Source: Rhina ancylostomus
Taxonomy: Eukaryota
NCBI GenBank assembly: GCA_030265395.1
Contig: JARFYF010000074.1
Coordinates: 33,870,979 to 33,934,978 of the forward strand
Direction: 5' to 3'
Length of the DNA: 64,000 nucleotides
The position numbers and the translations under genes are program-made. The notes under the pieces are model-generated. The model worked only from the letters and a program-made list of their open reading frames with translations. It had not been told where the DNA came from and searched no databases. Below are positions 13,860 to 27,592 of this stretch, in pieces. Each line of letters opens with the position of its first letter. Within the stretch, counting starts at the first letter, position 1.

Positions 13860-14590
13860 GCATTTCACATGCCATAGTCATTCAGTCCATGACAGCATCT
13901 GAAACAGTTGCACAATTTAGTCCTCTGTCCCAGCAATTTCTCCTAATTCCTGCACATCAGCCCTTTTTAACAGCAAATCTAATTCTTTTATGAAATCTGT
14001 TTCTCATACCCTTTTTAGATGGCAGGTTCCAGATTATCACAATGCTATGTATGAAAATACGTTCCTCATTTCTCCTTTAGTTCATTCGCCAATTATTTTA
14101 GATCTCTGACCTCTGGTTACCAATACACCTGTCAGAAGAAGTAGTCTCTTCACACTTGCTTTGTCCAAAACCCTCATAATTGGAAAATGTCCGTCAAATT
14201 TATTTGAAACCTTCTCTGCTCTAGGCAGAACCATCCCAGCTTCTTCTTTCTTTTCATTTCATTTAGGCTCCTCAGCCCTGCTATCATACTGATAAATCTC
14301 CTCTGTACCATTTCCAAGGCCTTGCCATTCTTCCTAATATATGGTACCCAGAATTGTAATCAAAGGCATTACCAATGACTGTAAAGTTTCAGTGTGACTA
14401 GTTTTGTGATCAATGTCTTTAATTATAAATACTAGCAATATACGATTTCTTAACCTGTTAACTTAAAATTCAAATATTTATGAACATATTCATATACCCT
14501 CAAGCCCCTCACACTGCCTTCAAACTAATACTGTTTATAAAACACGTTGTTTATCTCCTAGTGTGCCTATCCACATTAAATTGCAACTGT
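13860..14590 (-). mobile_element. Old CR1 3' fragment
   Basis: ccatcccagcttc, taaatctcctctgtaccatttccaaggcc and ggtacccagaattgta are typical reverse-strand CR1 motifs. Confidence 0.65.
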
Positions 14591-14599
14591 TATAAAAAT

Positions 14600-15620
14600 A
14601 TATGAAATAAGAGCAAGAGTAGGTTATCCATAACCTTTAGTCTGCTCCACCATTTAATAAAGACATGTGAGACTGCAGATGCTGGAATCCGGAGCAAAAA
14701 CATACAAACTTCAGGAGGAACTCAGCAGGTCAGGTAGCATCTGTAGAGAGAAATGGACAGTTGATATTTTGGGTCAAGTCCAGATGAAGGGCCTCAACCT
14801 AACTGTCCATTTCCATCTACAGATTCTACCTGATCCACTGAGTTCCTCCAGCAGTTTGTTTTCTGCTCCACCATTCAATAAGATCGAGCTTGTTCTTGAC
14901 TTCACTCTCCTACTTGATTCCTAATTCTTGATTTCCCTATAGTCTAGAATTTTTTTTTCTCAACCCTGAGTATATTCACAGCTGTCTGAAACAGAAAATT
15001 CCAAAAATTCACTACCTTCTGAGAGAAGAAATTCTCCTCATCATTTCCTTCTCAAAATCAACTCAATATTCTGAAACTATACCACAAGACTCTCCTGTGA
15101 GGAGAAACATCCTCTCAATATCTACTTTGTCAAGCTGCCTCAGAACCTCATACATTTAAACCTTCTATTCTTCTAAAGTTCAAAGAGTATAGGCCCAACC
15201 TACTCAAAAGTTCTTCATAAGACAATCCCTTTGTCCGAAGAATGAACTCAATGAACCTTCTCTGAACTGCCTACAAGTATATCCTTCCTTAAATAAGGAG
15301 ATGAGAACCATACATAGTACTTCAGGTGTAGTCTCACTAACAACTTGCATGGGTATATTGAGACTTCCATACTTTTGGACTCAAATTTTCTTGCAATACA
15401 TCAACAGTTAATTTGCTTAAATAGTTGCTGTGCCTGAATACTAATATGTATTTCATAGATAAGGACATCCAGATCCCTCCATGTATCAGTATTCTGAAGT
15501 CTCCATTTAAACAACACTCTACTTTTCCATTCTTACATTGAAGTGGATAATCTCACATTTCTACGTATTAGACACCATCTGGCCACTCATTTAATCCATT
15601 TATGTCACTTCTCATGTCCT
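14600..15620 (-). mobile_element. CR1 3' fragment with nested Penelope-derived element (14664-14861)
   Basis: CR1 tail aataagagcaagagtagg..tctgctccaccatt, continuing gagagaagaaattctcctcatc and aaataaggag..tacttcaggtgtagtctcac. Confidence 0.8.
14664..14861. mobile_element. Short palindromic Penelope-derived element
   Basis: gagactgcagatgctggaatccggagc..aggaggaactcagcaggtcaggtagcatctgtag is inverted to ctacagattctacctgatccactgagttcctccagcagtttg. About 20-bp flanking duplication. Confidence 0.78.
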
Positions 15621-15747
15621 NNNNNNNNNNNNNNNNNNNNNNNNNNNNNNNNNNNNNNNNNNNNNNNNNNNNNNNNNNNNNNNNNNNNNNNNNNNNNNNN
15701 NNNNNNNNNNNNNNNNNNNNTATGTCACGTCTCATGTCCTCCTCTAA

Positions 15748-17900
15748 ACATAAGAAACAGAGGCAGGAGATGGTCATCTGGCCCTTCTTCAAGAACATGG
15801 CTGAACTTCTCCCTCAATGCCAGTTTTCACCAATATCTTCAGAAGGGTACAGAATGAGCACAATGACTGAGCTTCCACAGTCATCCAAGGTAGAGAATTC
15901 CAAAGGTTAAGCATCCTCTGAGCGAAGAAATTTCCTCATCTCTGTCCTAAGTGACCTAACACTTAGTCTCAAACTGTGCTCCTGGTCCTACACTCCTGAG
16001 TTGGGGGAAACATCCTCCCTGCATCTAGTCTGTCAAACATTATGAGAATGTTGTAAGTTTTCAGGAAGTCTCCTTGCATTCTTCTAAACTAAAGAAAACA
16101 TTCCTAGTCTAATCAATCTCTCCCTACATGACAAACCCTCTGACTCCAGAACCAGACAAATTAACCTTTGCTTCTCTCTCTCCATGGCAAATACATAATT
16201 TCTTATTTAAGGAGACCAAATATGTACACAATATTTCAGGTCAATCTCACAATAGCCTTATATAATTTCAGTAAGACTTCCTTATTCCAAAAAACAAATC
16301 CTCTTTTAATAAAGGCAACCATATAATTTGCCTTCCTAATAGCTTGCTGCATCTGCGCGTTAACCTTCAGTGACAAGTATACGAGCTCGTCTAGGTCCCT
16401 TTGAAGATCAACACTACCCAATCTCTCTCCATTTAACAAATGTTCAGCTTTTCTGTTATGTGCATCAAAATTTTCCACATTATATTCCATCTGCCACATT
16501 CTTGCCCACTCATATCCCCTTTAAAGCCTCTTTAAGTTTTCTATACTTCTCACAATTCTACTTGGTTTAATATCATCAGCAAACTTGTAAATATGACATT
16601 TCATCTTTTCAACCAAAGTGTTGATGTGGATCAGCCTGTCAAACTGAGAAGGATAAATTTATTCCCACTTTTCACTTTCTATTCATTAATCTTTTTTCAG
16701 TGTGGGACCTTATCAAAAGCTTTCTGGAAATCCGGATAAATTGTTTTCCCCTGATCCTCAAAGAACTCTATAAGATAAACCCTTCATTATAGGTACCAGC
16801 ATTTTCCCACCACTGATATTAGGCTATTTGGTCAGTAATTTCGTTTTCTCTTTCCCTCCTTTCTTAAAAAGTAGGGTCATATTTGCTATCATCCAATCCA
16901 CAGAAACAATTTCAGAATCTAGAGAATCTTGGAAAATGATAAGCAGAACCTCTACAATCTCTAAAGCCACCTTTTTTAAAACTCTGGGATATAGTTAATC
17001 AGGTCCTTGGGACTTATCAGCTTTCAAGCTCACCATCTTTTCTAGTTCTATTTTTTGATACTTAATTCTCTAACTTACCTGGCAAGCTTTCCTTGCAGGA
17101 AGATACAAAATCATTGCTTCATTTCCTTACTTCCCATTATAATTGTCCTGCCTTTATCTATAAGGAGCCCACATTTGCTGGTATATTACTTCTTATGTAC
17201 TTATAAAAGCTCTTAAAACTTAATAATGCTTCCCACCAGTCTACACTCACATTCTATCTTGGCTTTCTTGATCCTCTGTTGAGTTCTAAATGGCATAGTA
17301 GTGTAGCGGTTAGCATGACACTATTACAGCGCCATCGATTGGGATTCAATTCCCGGTTGCTGTCTGTAAAAAGATTATACATTCTCCCAGTGTGGGTGCT
17401 CCAGTTTCCTCCTGATCCTCCTCAAAGATGTATGGGTAGGTTAACGTGGGTTTAAATGGGCAGCAGGGACACGTTGGGCTGGAAGGGCCTGTTACCATGT
17501 TGTAAATAAAGTTTAAAAGTTTTAAAATGTTCACAATTCTCAGGCCCATTGCTACTCAAGCATCTTTATAAGCCTCCTCTTTTTATTTAATACTATGATT
17601 AAGCCAGTGGTTTAATTTCTCTGGTCAGTCACAATTGAATCACCGTTCCTTTTGGGTTTTTTTGCAACTCAGGCTGTATAAAACCTGCTTTCTCATTAAT
17701 TTTACATTCTCCGTAAATTTGGTTATAACATAAACACAGAAAATGTGAATCTGGTTGTGATCTACCTGGTTCCTTTCATCAACTATTCAAGTAAGAAGAT
17801 GAGGCACCAGCATTGATCCCAGTCACACCCCACTAGTTACACCCTGTATATCTTAAAATGACTCATTTATCCTGACTCTGTTTTCAACTCATTAGCCAAT
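15748..17900 (-). mobile_element. Degenerate CR1 LINE with internal deletions and a nested SINE
   Basis: ORF 16236-16499 WQMEYNVENF..LLNGERLGSVDLQRDL..QQAIRKANYMVAFIKRG; tcatcagcaaactt (KFADD) near 16575; ttatcaaaagctttctggaaatcc (DFQKAFDK). Confidence 0.85.
17291..17525 (+). mobile_element. Short tRNA-derived SINE inserted in CR1
   Basis: A-box-like gtagtgtagcggttagc, B-box-like ggattcaattccc, LINE-derived tail gggctggaagggcctgttacc, then aataaa. Confidence 0.8.
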
Positions 17901-20900
17901 CCTCTAATCGTGCTAATATCTCCCAACCATGGGAAAACTTCAAAAGTGAAGTTCCTTCACCAAGGTCCTGGTTCCCTTATTTAGAAGCACAGTCATGATC
18001 TTAATTCCAGCTGACCCTAATGTACAGTTTCCCTCCACTGGGAAAAAAATCTTTTCATCACACTGACTGCTTCCTATCCTTTTCACAAATTACCACTGTC
18101 TTTTTAACCCCATGCTTCTGTATTCCAAATAAATGCATAAATAAGACACTTTCTCAAATGTCTTTGCAAATCCACATATGAAACATATTACTTTCATCAA
18201 AGAATTCAGCCAAGCCAACTGGACAAGAAAAAAAACATTCCTTCAAGAGATCCATTATTAAATTGTGCTTCTCTGAGTGAAAGTGAATTGGCACCAATTT
18301 TGCATCAATTTTTATCCTATTCCATCCTCTGCTACAGTGGTACCAACTTTGTCCTTTTCTTTTGGGAAGTTGAAGTATTTATTTACTGCCTCCGTCTTGG
18401 CCTCGAGTCTACAAAAATAATTCCTCCTCTATCCTTTTACAGTGCCAGCATTCCTTTTGCTTTCTTTGTATATGTATATGACAAGATCTTGGGGTTCTAT
18501 TATATACTCTCATTGGCTATTTTTGCCTTCTTATGTGCTTATCTCAGACAAACAAATCTGTTGGTAAATTTCAAACTTTTTTGTCCACTGCTTGGGTTAT
18601 GTGGTAAACACCCAGCAATACAACAGCTATTTTTCTGTTCTGTAACTACAATTAAATAGATTCATTATTGAACTCTTATAGATCCTTTGCTTTATTCTTG
18701 ATCAATAACAGCACACTTCAGCTGTGGTTTCTTCATTGCTTCTGCTGAATCACTACAGCTAGTAATGTTTAGTTACTATCTTTAAACCAGGTTTATGTTA
18801 CAGTAACTCAATCATAATCCAATGTGACAATCTGTACTCACAGCTTATCAACCTCATTTGTAACACTCATTTAATACACTTCCATTCCAGCACAAGCCAG
18901 TTTGCTCTGTTTTTATCCCCCTTCATCTAATTCTTGTTTGATCTCTATTTGGTGGCTGTTTATCCTACCTGGCTTTCTATGCCTCTACTCTTCCTTCAAT
19001 CATTAAGCCCCTTCCCACTGGCAAATTAAGTTAAACTCTCCCCTACAACATATTTAGGTATCCAGTTAAATCAGTTAGGTATCCAGTTAAATACGTAATT
19101 GGACTCAATATCATGAACATAACTCATAACTTTTTTAGTTAATATTTTTCAGTGGGATAAATAATTAATAATATTCACTAATAGTTAATGAACATCTCTA
19201 AGACCACTATTATACTGCCCAATTATATTACACTATAACCTGATTCTTCACCTTATTACACTTAAAAGTTTGAGAAATTCAGGCCAGTCANNNNNNNNNN
19301 NNNNNNNNAGCAGCAGGCTATGTTCTTCTCCACATATCAAATTCAGTTCTGTTGAAGTAGGAAGAATCAAATTTTTTGAATCGGCGCAGAATGTGCAGCC
19401 GTTACTACACAGCCTGTTTAGCACTGCTGATCAGGAGAAAATTTCCAGGTTTTTGTTTCTTTGCACTGAAAAATGCAGAGTAATTGGTGACTAATTCAAA
19501 GCAGAACATGCACTATTCACCTGAGTGGTTACTTCTCTCCTATGTCCTTGCTATTGAAAATGTAACCTTTTATATGGGAACAATTAATAACTTGTATCTG
19601 GTTTCTGTCTGACTATGGGCAGAAGTCTAATAAACCATTTGCCAGTGCTTTTTTAAAGAGCACCTCTATGCAGAGATAATCCCACCCTTCAATAATTTTT
19701 ATTCATTTGGGTGGCTGACAATAAAGCACAATCTTATTAAAGTCATGACCACTGTGCCCTTTCACCAACCATCAATGGTAATTACCTAACACACAGCACT
19801 GGATAGGAATTACAACGCTTAAACTTTTGCATTACCCACAAAAGCAACAGACAAATAATATCAAGTTAAACTTGATCATGATTGTCATGGTTATTTCACA
19901 CTGCAAAAAAGAAACAATAGGATATAAAGGCAGATTGATGTTTTGGAGTGAACGTAAATGTTTTGCAATATTCTGAGTCAACTGACATCACAAAGACAAG
20001 CTGACCTCATTAGCATATCAAAGTCTTTATTTGGAAGATGCTTGACTTTTAATCAATTTTGTATATACCTTATCCTTATTTCACTTTCAAGTGTAGGAAC
20101 ACTAGCTTTTAGTGCTGTAATTTAGTCAAGATACTGCATATTCCAAGCAGGATTTGATAATTTATAATAAATATAATGAATAGATCTGCTGAAAGCAATT
20201 TGCAGAGAGTCAACACACTCTGGCACCATCCTGAAAGGCAATGCAATACAATGCATCTTTTAGATTTCCATGCTCCTGAAAACCAGAAATTCCATTTAGT
20301 AGCACAAACAATGCCTGAGAAATAAACTACTTGGCCTTTTCCAAATGGTATTGTCTAGATAGTATAATTATTTCAATTAATCCCAGTCCAATATATTGAG
20401 CACAATTAACTGCTTGGGATCTTCCTCTACCCTCAGTTTAAGATCGGAGTTGGTGCTCTTCATCAGCATTGTGTAACTCAAGCCATTTGTTCAATACATG
20501 GTACTTGAGTATCTCCTCTTGGTTTAATGAAACTTGCCCAGAACTATATCCAGTTCTGATCGATGCCCTTAAAAATGTGACACAAACCACTATTCAGATT
20601 TGTGGACTTCCTGTATTTTATATTATTTAAGATCAAGAGCACAGGATGTCGAAAATTTTCAGGCATTTTAACTGAGTCGATCAAGTCTTTGCATTAGATG
20701 TCCTGTTTAGATGGCCTGCGCCTCACACCTATTGTCAGTCACAAGAATTTCAAGATGACTGTATACGTTATCCTAGAAGAAGGTAACCATTTCAAATACT
20801 TCTGATTAACATATTATAAAGTATTCTCAAGGGTTCAGGTAGGTCCATTTGATGTGGAACAGTCCTCTTACTGAACAGGAAAGGAAGAGAGAGTGAAAGA

Positions 20901-21803
20901 TTTACATTCTGATCAATGCTGATTAATTCCACAGCATGCATGTGTAGAACCAGAATGAAGCTACTGCTAATTTATCATTATATTTTTCTCTCTGAAACCA
21001 AAGCTTCATCTATCCTGGTCCATTTTTCTAAAAATACATACGATAGATGGATGTGGCATAAATCTTTGATAGGTTATCCATAAAATATTCCTGTGTTCCT
21101 TTCACCACATGATCACTGAAGATTTAAAAAGCCATTCTCAAATATTGAACAGGGGGCTTTGTCCAATCCTATGAATCTTCAAATTTGCTTTCACCGTAAT
21201 ACTTTCCATTGCTTTCTTCAAATATATTATTTTCTGTACAATGGACATTTGTCTGCTAATACCACTGGAGCTCATTTAACCTAAATTACTTCTTAGAGAA
21301 ACCTGACCTCATTTCTCAAAGCAAAATCCTGCCACTGCACGAAATATGAAAAGGTATACAGTCAATGCTGGGAAAACTGCACAGGTTAAGAAGCATCAGG
21401 AGAGGGAAAGGGGGTCAATGTTTCAGATCAATAACCTTTTGACAGTCCCTGAAAGAGTTCCTTTGCTTTTATATGTAATTTCTTATCACTGTTACTAAAG
21501 TGAACTCCAGTTTTACAAAAAGAAAATTGAAAAGCAAATTTAAAAGTCATATTTGGCTCTTTAACTATGCACTTTTAGCTGGCAATCTTTTAAAACTCAT
21601 GCAAAGTTCCTGTATTGGGATCCTGTTGATGGATGGCTGAATCTGAAAGCCTCACACTCTATTTTTGATGCTTCCTGTAATAGCTGAACTCATTAAATAT
21701 AACTTTGGAATCATGTTTTTATTTTAAACAGTATGGTTCAATGTAAAAGGTTCCACAGCGCGTGCTTGGATTCAAGCACAGTGAAAATCAGTTAAAGAGG
21801 ACC

Positions 21804-21972
21804 ATAAGAAATAGAAGCAAGAGTGGGCCTCATGGGCCCTCAAGCCTCCTCCACCATTCAATAAGATTGTGGCTGATCTGATCGAGGTATTAGCTCCACT
21901 TTTTTTGCATGTTCCTATAACCCCTGATTCTTTCATTCTTCAAAGATCTGTCCTTCTCAATCCTGAATATAC
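21804..21972 (-). mobile_element. CR1 3' tail
   Basis: cataagaaatagaagcaagagtgggcc..ccaccattcaataagattgtggctgatctg. Confidence 0.75.
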
Positions 21973-22099
21973 TGTTACGTACCAGCAACAACAGAAACAC
22001 ACCGAGACATGTATAAGTGTTAAAAAACTACTTTATTAATAACTACTTGTGATAATAAGAAAAATAAAAGTAAAAATGTTAGAATGTTAGAAGTAAAAA
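21973..22099 (-). mobile_element. LTR-like terminus running into an assembly gap
   Basis: Begins TGTTACGT and is the near reverse complement of 55440-55537, which ends CATAACA. Confidence 0.65.
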
Positions 22100-22849
22100 N
22101 NNNNNNNNNNNNNNNNNNNNNNNNNNNNNNNNNNNNNNNNNNNNNNNNNNNNNNNNNNNNNNNNNNNNNNNNNNNNNNNNNNNNNNNNNNNNNNNNNNNN
22201 NNNNNNNNNNNNNNNNNNNNNNNNNNNNNNNNNNNNNNNNNNNNNNNNNNNNNNNNNNNNNNNNNNNNNNNNNNNNNNNNNNNNNNNNNNNNNNNNNNNN
22301 NNNNNNNNNNNNNNNNNNNNNNNNNNNNNNNNNNNNNNNNNNNNNNNNNNNNNNNNNNNNNNNNNNNNNNNNNNNNNNNNNNNNNNNNNNNNNNNNNNNN
22401 NNNNNNNNNNNNNNNNNNNNNNNNNNNNNNNNNNNNNNNNNNNNNNNNNNNNNNNNNNNNNNNNNNNNNNNNNNNNNNNNNNNNNNNNNNNNNNNNNNNN
22501 NNNNNNNNNNNNNNNNNNNNNNNNNNNNNNNNNNNNNNNNNNNNNNNNNNNNNNNNNNNNNNNNNNNNNNNNNNNNNNNNNNNNNNNNNNNNNNNNNNNN
22601 NNNNNNNNNNNNNNNNNNNNNNNNNNNNNNNNNNNNNNNNNNNNNNNNNNNNNNNNNNNNNNNNNNNNNNNNNNNNNNNNNNNNNNNNNNNNNNNNNNNN
22701 ACTAACAAAGTCGGGTTGGGGTGGGTAGAACAAAGGGAATATCTCTGACCATCAGATTAAATGAGTTAATGTGGCAGTTAGAATCACATTATCCTTCTGA
22801 TGAATGAGTGTGATTCCTGTATGATTCTAAGATATCTATTAAAACATGA

Positions 22850-24320
22850 AAAATTAAAAATAAAGGAGTATGAAAAAAATCATTCAACCCTTTGAACCTG
22901 CTCCACATTCAGTACAATTATGGCTGGTCCCCTAACCAAACACCATATTGCCGCTCTCTCCCCATATCCGTTGAAGTCAAAGTCGAGTTGATTGTCATAT
23001 GCACAATTACATGCATGCAAAAAAACTTACTTGCAGCAGCATTCACAAGAAAACCAACTTCAACATAAGTTATACACAATTTTTATAAGAAAGAACACAC
23101 GTACAAGAATACAGAAAAAGTTCATTTTAGTGCAAAGTGATCAAAGTAGTCATCGTGTTGCTAAACTGTAGTGATTAGGGTTGTGCTGGTTGGCTCAGGA
23201 ACCAAATGGTTGAAGGGAAGTAGCTGGTCTTGAAGCTGGTGTGTGGGACATCAGGCCCAATGTTACCCCCTGCCCGATGGTAGCTGCATGAAGGTGGCAT
23301 GGCCTGGTGGTGGGGGTCTTTAATGATAGATGTTGCCTTCTTGAGGTAGCACCTCCTGTTGATATTATGGATGGTGGGGAGGGATGTGCCAGTGATGTAT
23401 TGGGACTTCTGTNNNNNNNNNNNNNNNNNNNNNNNNNNNNNNNNNNNNNNNNNNNNNNNNNNNNNNNNNNNNNNNNNNNNNNNNNNNNNNNNNNNNNNNN
23501 NNNNNNNNNNNNGACTTCTGTTTCCAGATATCTATCTCCTTCTTAAACATATTCAGTGACCTGCCCTCTCCAGCCTTCTGTGGTAGAGAATTCCACAGGA
23601 TCACCATCCTCTAAGTAAAGAAATTTATTATCCCAAACCTAAATACCTTACTTTGTATCCTGGGGTAATTCTGCAATTTCTGGTTCGAAGAACCCCCAAC
23701 CTTTCAGCCAGGGAGAAACATCCTTCCTATTTACTGCCTGTCAAGCCCTGATAGAATTCTGTGCGTTTCAATGAGATCACTCCTTCTAAACTCGATTGAA
23801 TGCAGGCCTAGTCAACCCAATCTCTCCTCATCTGAAAGTCCTGCATTCCCAAGCATCAGTGTGATAAACCTTTCTTGTATCTCCTCCATGGCAAGGCTAT
23901 CCTTTCTCTAGGCAAGGAGACCAAAACTGCACACATTACTCCAGATGTGGTCTCCCAAAGGCTCTTCATAATTGGAGCAAGTCATCTTTGCTCCTGCACT
24001 TAAAACCACTTGCAGTAAAGCCCAAAATCCATTTGCCTTATTAATGTCTTCTACTTGCATGCTTGCTTTCAGTGACTGATGTGCAAGGATACCAAGGCTC
24101 TTTGTACATCCACATGTCCCAATCAATCACCATTTAAATAATATTCTGCTTTTCTGTTTTTCCTACAAAAGGGGAAAACCTCACATTTATCCACATCAAA
24201 CTGCATCTGCCATGTATTTGGAAACTCACCCAACTTACTTAAATCATCACGAATCCTCTTTGCATCCTTCTTACAACTGACAAATCCACTCAGTTTCATG
24301 TCATCTGCAAATATTATATC
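22850..24320 (-). mobile_element. CR1 3' fragment interrupted by a Rex1-type element
   Basis: ORF 24123-24338 IIFADDMKLSG..WQMQFDVDKCEV..YYLNG; ORF 23365-23607 ILWNSLPQKA..LNMFKKEID; tail at 22850-22973. Confidence 0.85.
22974..23412 (-). mobile_element. Rex1/Babar-type LINE 3' end
   Basis: aagtcaaagtcgagtt short-repeat tail; gggaagtagctggtcttgaagctggtg is the reverse complement of the RFxNSFFP region also seen at 27390-27420. Confidence 0.72.
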
Positions 24321-26823
24321 ACACAGTGATGTCTTCATTGTATGAAAGACTATTTTGTTTTTATTCTTCAGTCTGTTAAAGCAAATAATCTATGGACATT
24401 AGCATTCTATTAATGTGAACAGATCTGTGTGCAATGTATTCCTGGAGATATAACAGATTCCCTGCATTATTTTAGGAGCAGCTACTTTTGCTGTAATTGT
24501 CTTTAACAGAAGCATTTTGGGTTTAGGGAAGAAAATCCCTATCCTTGCTCTGCACTCAAAATGACAGTAATTTGATTACTGCAAATAGACTGTCATTTAC
24601 TTTGCTCTCAAGTTGTGGAAAATATTTATCGTTATGAAATAACACAAGCATGATGCAGATTTTGCAATTTTTGGCAGATATGATCTATACAATAGTCACT
24701 GAAAGAGCTTGTTTCAATACTGTAAACTACATATGATAAAGAGTGGAATTAGTTTTAAGCTGTTAAGAATTGTTGGATGGACTGAAGTAGTAACCAATTT
24801 TCTTCTTTATTTCCTTCAGTGGGACAGGTGATAATAGTGGTCAAATCGTCAAGATGTTTACAACATTTAATGAAATACCAAGTATTATACTAAAAGCTGA
24901 AGAAGTACTTAATTATTCAGTGCAAAAAAGATGCATTTTCTTATGAATAACAAAATCAAAATAAAGAATTTCCTAATACAGTATAAAACAGACTTTCTTA
25001 CTCTAAGCTGATTGATTTAATTTATACCAGCTGCAGCTTGATTGTGATTGAAACTTTTAATATGATAACAAAATTGTCAGGCATTATTGCTTGTGCTTAT
25101 TTTCTTTTCTCCCTCACCTGTCCCAGCCGGAGAGTTTACAGAAAATTATTTGTCTTCCCCCTTCTTCTGAGGAGGAGAGAACAGCACATACATAGAGTTT
25201 GGGGGTGGGTGGGGGGGGGACAGAGACAGAGAAAGCATGATGTTCAACTATGTTATGGTATAGCAATTGGACCACCATTGCCAACCTGTATTTATAAAGC
25301 ACTTTCCTTTTTATTGCAAGTTCAGTAACATTCCTGCTCATAATATCCTTACTACTGCTCCACAATACCTCAATACCCAAGGTTCATTTTAAGCATATGC
25401 CCATAATGTGTACAAAGTTAATGGTGCCTCGGCTAAACTCATGCCAAATTGTGAAGCAGCAGCATTAACGGGGTGGTGCTGTGAGAGTGCCATACTCTCA
25501 GAGGACCAGTACTAACTGAGCTGTTTATATATTTCCATTGGAAGCAGTACAGGGAAAGCTTGATTCTCGAGATGAAGGGGGTTGACGTGCAAAGAAAGGT
25601 TGAATCTGTACACAGAGTTTCAAAAGAANNNNNNNNNNNNNNNNNNNNNNNNNNNNNNNNNNNNNNNNNNNNNNNNNNNNNNNNNNNNNNNNNNNNNNNN
25701 NNNNNNNNNNNNNNNNNNNNNNNNNNNNNNNNNNNNNNNNNNNNNNNNNNNNNNNNNNNNNNNNNNNNNNNNNNNNNNNNNNNNNNNNNNNNNNNNNNNN
25801 NNNNNNNNNNNNNNNNNNNNNNNNNNNNNNNNNNNNNNNNNNNNNNNNNNNNNNNNNNNNNNNNNNNNNNNNNNNNNNNNNNNNNNNNNNNNNNNNNNNN
25901 NNNNNAAGAAAGTGGTGCTGAGCTCAAAACTGGATCAACCATGATCTTATTGAAAGGTGGGGTAGGCTTCTATTGGCCCACTCTTGCTTCTTATGTTCTT
26001 ATTCTAACTGTCTCACCTCCACACGTGAATACTTGAATGCCCTTAGTGTGTGAGACTCTCACCCTCTAATTAATGTGCTTTTAAAGATAAATAATTTGCA
26101 CCATTTACAGTAATAGAATTTCGAGTGATTATCAACCATGGACAATATTTACTCTAGATGGTTCTTGTTGCTGTGGGAAGAAAAAGCTCAATTTCTACTA
26201 GAAATACTCATTAAAATTCTTATCAGTGACAAGATTCTGATGCTGAGAAGTGTTACCATCTGTCATGCTGCTAAACCGTGTCTGCAGCAAAGAAAAGTGT
26301 TTTGTCATTTTTGACTGGGCTTGACATCATTTTCATTCCAACATTTTGGTTTTGCATAAGAAACATCAAGATTCTGGATTTAGTATTTCAATAGGAAAAT
26401 AATAAATCACAGAACTAGGGATAGATTTCATGCACAATAAGTATACATCACAGTAATAAATTGCATTTTCTTCAGACAGTTCTTTCTGAATGTTGTGCTC
26501 AGCGAAATACAGGATGACAACATTAAACATTGAAAGGTTTTCCCACTTAACATTGATTAACAGCATCAGATGCTCTCAGGTCACAAATAACTCAGCTCAA
26601 TTCCAATCCAGAACTCGCTCTTGCAATGTGTCTTTGCAACCTCACAACAGCAAATCCTTTTGCAGGAAATATTTAATTGTGTAATTTAAGTCAGGTACAT
26701 GTTGTGGTGATGTTCATTGGATACTTAATTAAAACTATCTAGATCTGCAAATGTAACTATTAGTTTAATACAAATTTTATTTGAACAACAGTACAAATTT
26801 CACCCTTTGATCAACAAGAATGT

Positions 26824-27592
26824 TTGATGAGGAGGCATACAGGAGTGAGATAGAGTGTTGCAACAACAACCTCGCACACAATGTCAGCAAGACCAAGGAA
26901 TTGATTGTGGACTTCAGGAAGGGTAAGTCGGGAGAACACACCCCAGTCTTCATTGAGGGGTCAGCGGTGGAAAGGGTGAGCAGCTTCAAGTTCCTGGGCG
27001 TCAACATCTCAGAGGATCTNNNNNNNNNNNNNNNNNNNNNNNNNNNNNNNNNNNNNNNNNNNNNNNNNNNNNNNNNNNNNNNNNNNNNNNNNNNNNNNNN
27101 NNNNNNNNNNNNNNNNNNNNNNNNNNNNNNNNNNNNNNNNNNNNNNNNNNNNNNNNNNNNNNNNNNNNNNNNNNNNNNNNAGCCTCCAATACACAGGATC
27201 GAAAGAGGCTGCAGAGAGATGTAGACTCAGCCAGCTCGATCACAGACACCACCCTCCCCGCCATCGAGGACATCTTCAAGAGACGGTGTCTCAAGGCAGC
27301 GGCATCCATCGTTAAGGACCCTCACCACCCGCAACATGCACTCTTCGTGTTACTACCAGCGGGGAAAAGGTACAGGAGCCTGAAGACCCATACTCAACAT
27401 TTCAGGAACAGCTTCTTCCCCTACGCCATCAGATTTCTGAACGGTCCATGAACCCATGAACACTACCTCATTATTCCTCTTTTGCACTATTTATTTCTGT
27501 AACTTACAGTAATTTTTACATCTTTATGTCCTGCACTGTGCTGCTGCTGCAAAACAACAAATTTCACGATATGTGTCAGTGATAATAAACCT
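26824..27592 (+). mobile_element. Rex1/Babar-type LINE, 5'-truncated, relatively young
   Basis: DEEAYRSEI..NNLAHNVSKTKELIVDFRK..VERVSSFKFLGVNISED; after the gap SIVKDPHHPQHALFVLLPAGKRYRSLKTHTQHFRNSFFP; tail gataataaacct; many CpGs retained. Confidence 0.88.

Noticed and set aside
17291-17365. tRNA-like sequence
   Set aside because: It has A- and B-box-like motifs but no complete cloverleaf and continues into a SINE body and tail.
18288-18659. 123-aa hydrophobic ORF resembling a membrane protein
   Set aside because: T-rich sequence with a non-ATG start, no splice or family support, adjacent to decayed LINE sequence.
19054-19092. 18-bp direct repeat ttaggtatccagttaaat
   Set aside because: Only two copies separated by 3 nt: an ordinary slippage duplication.
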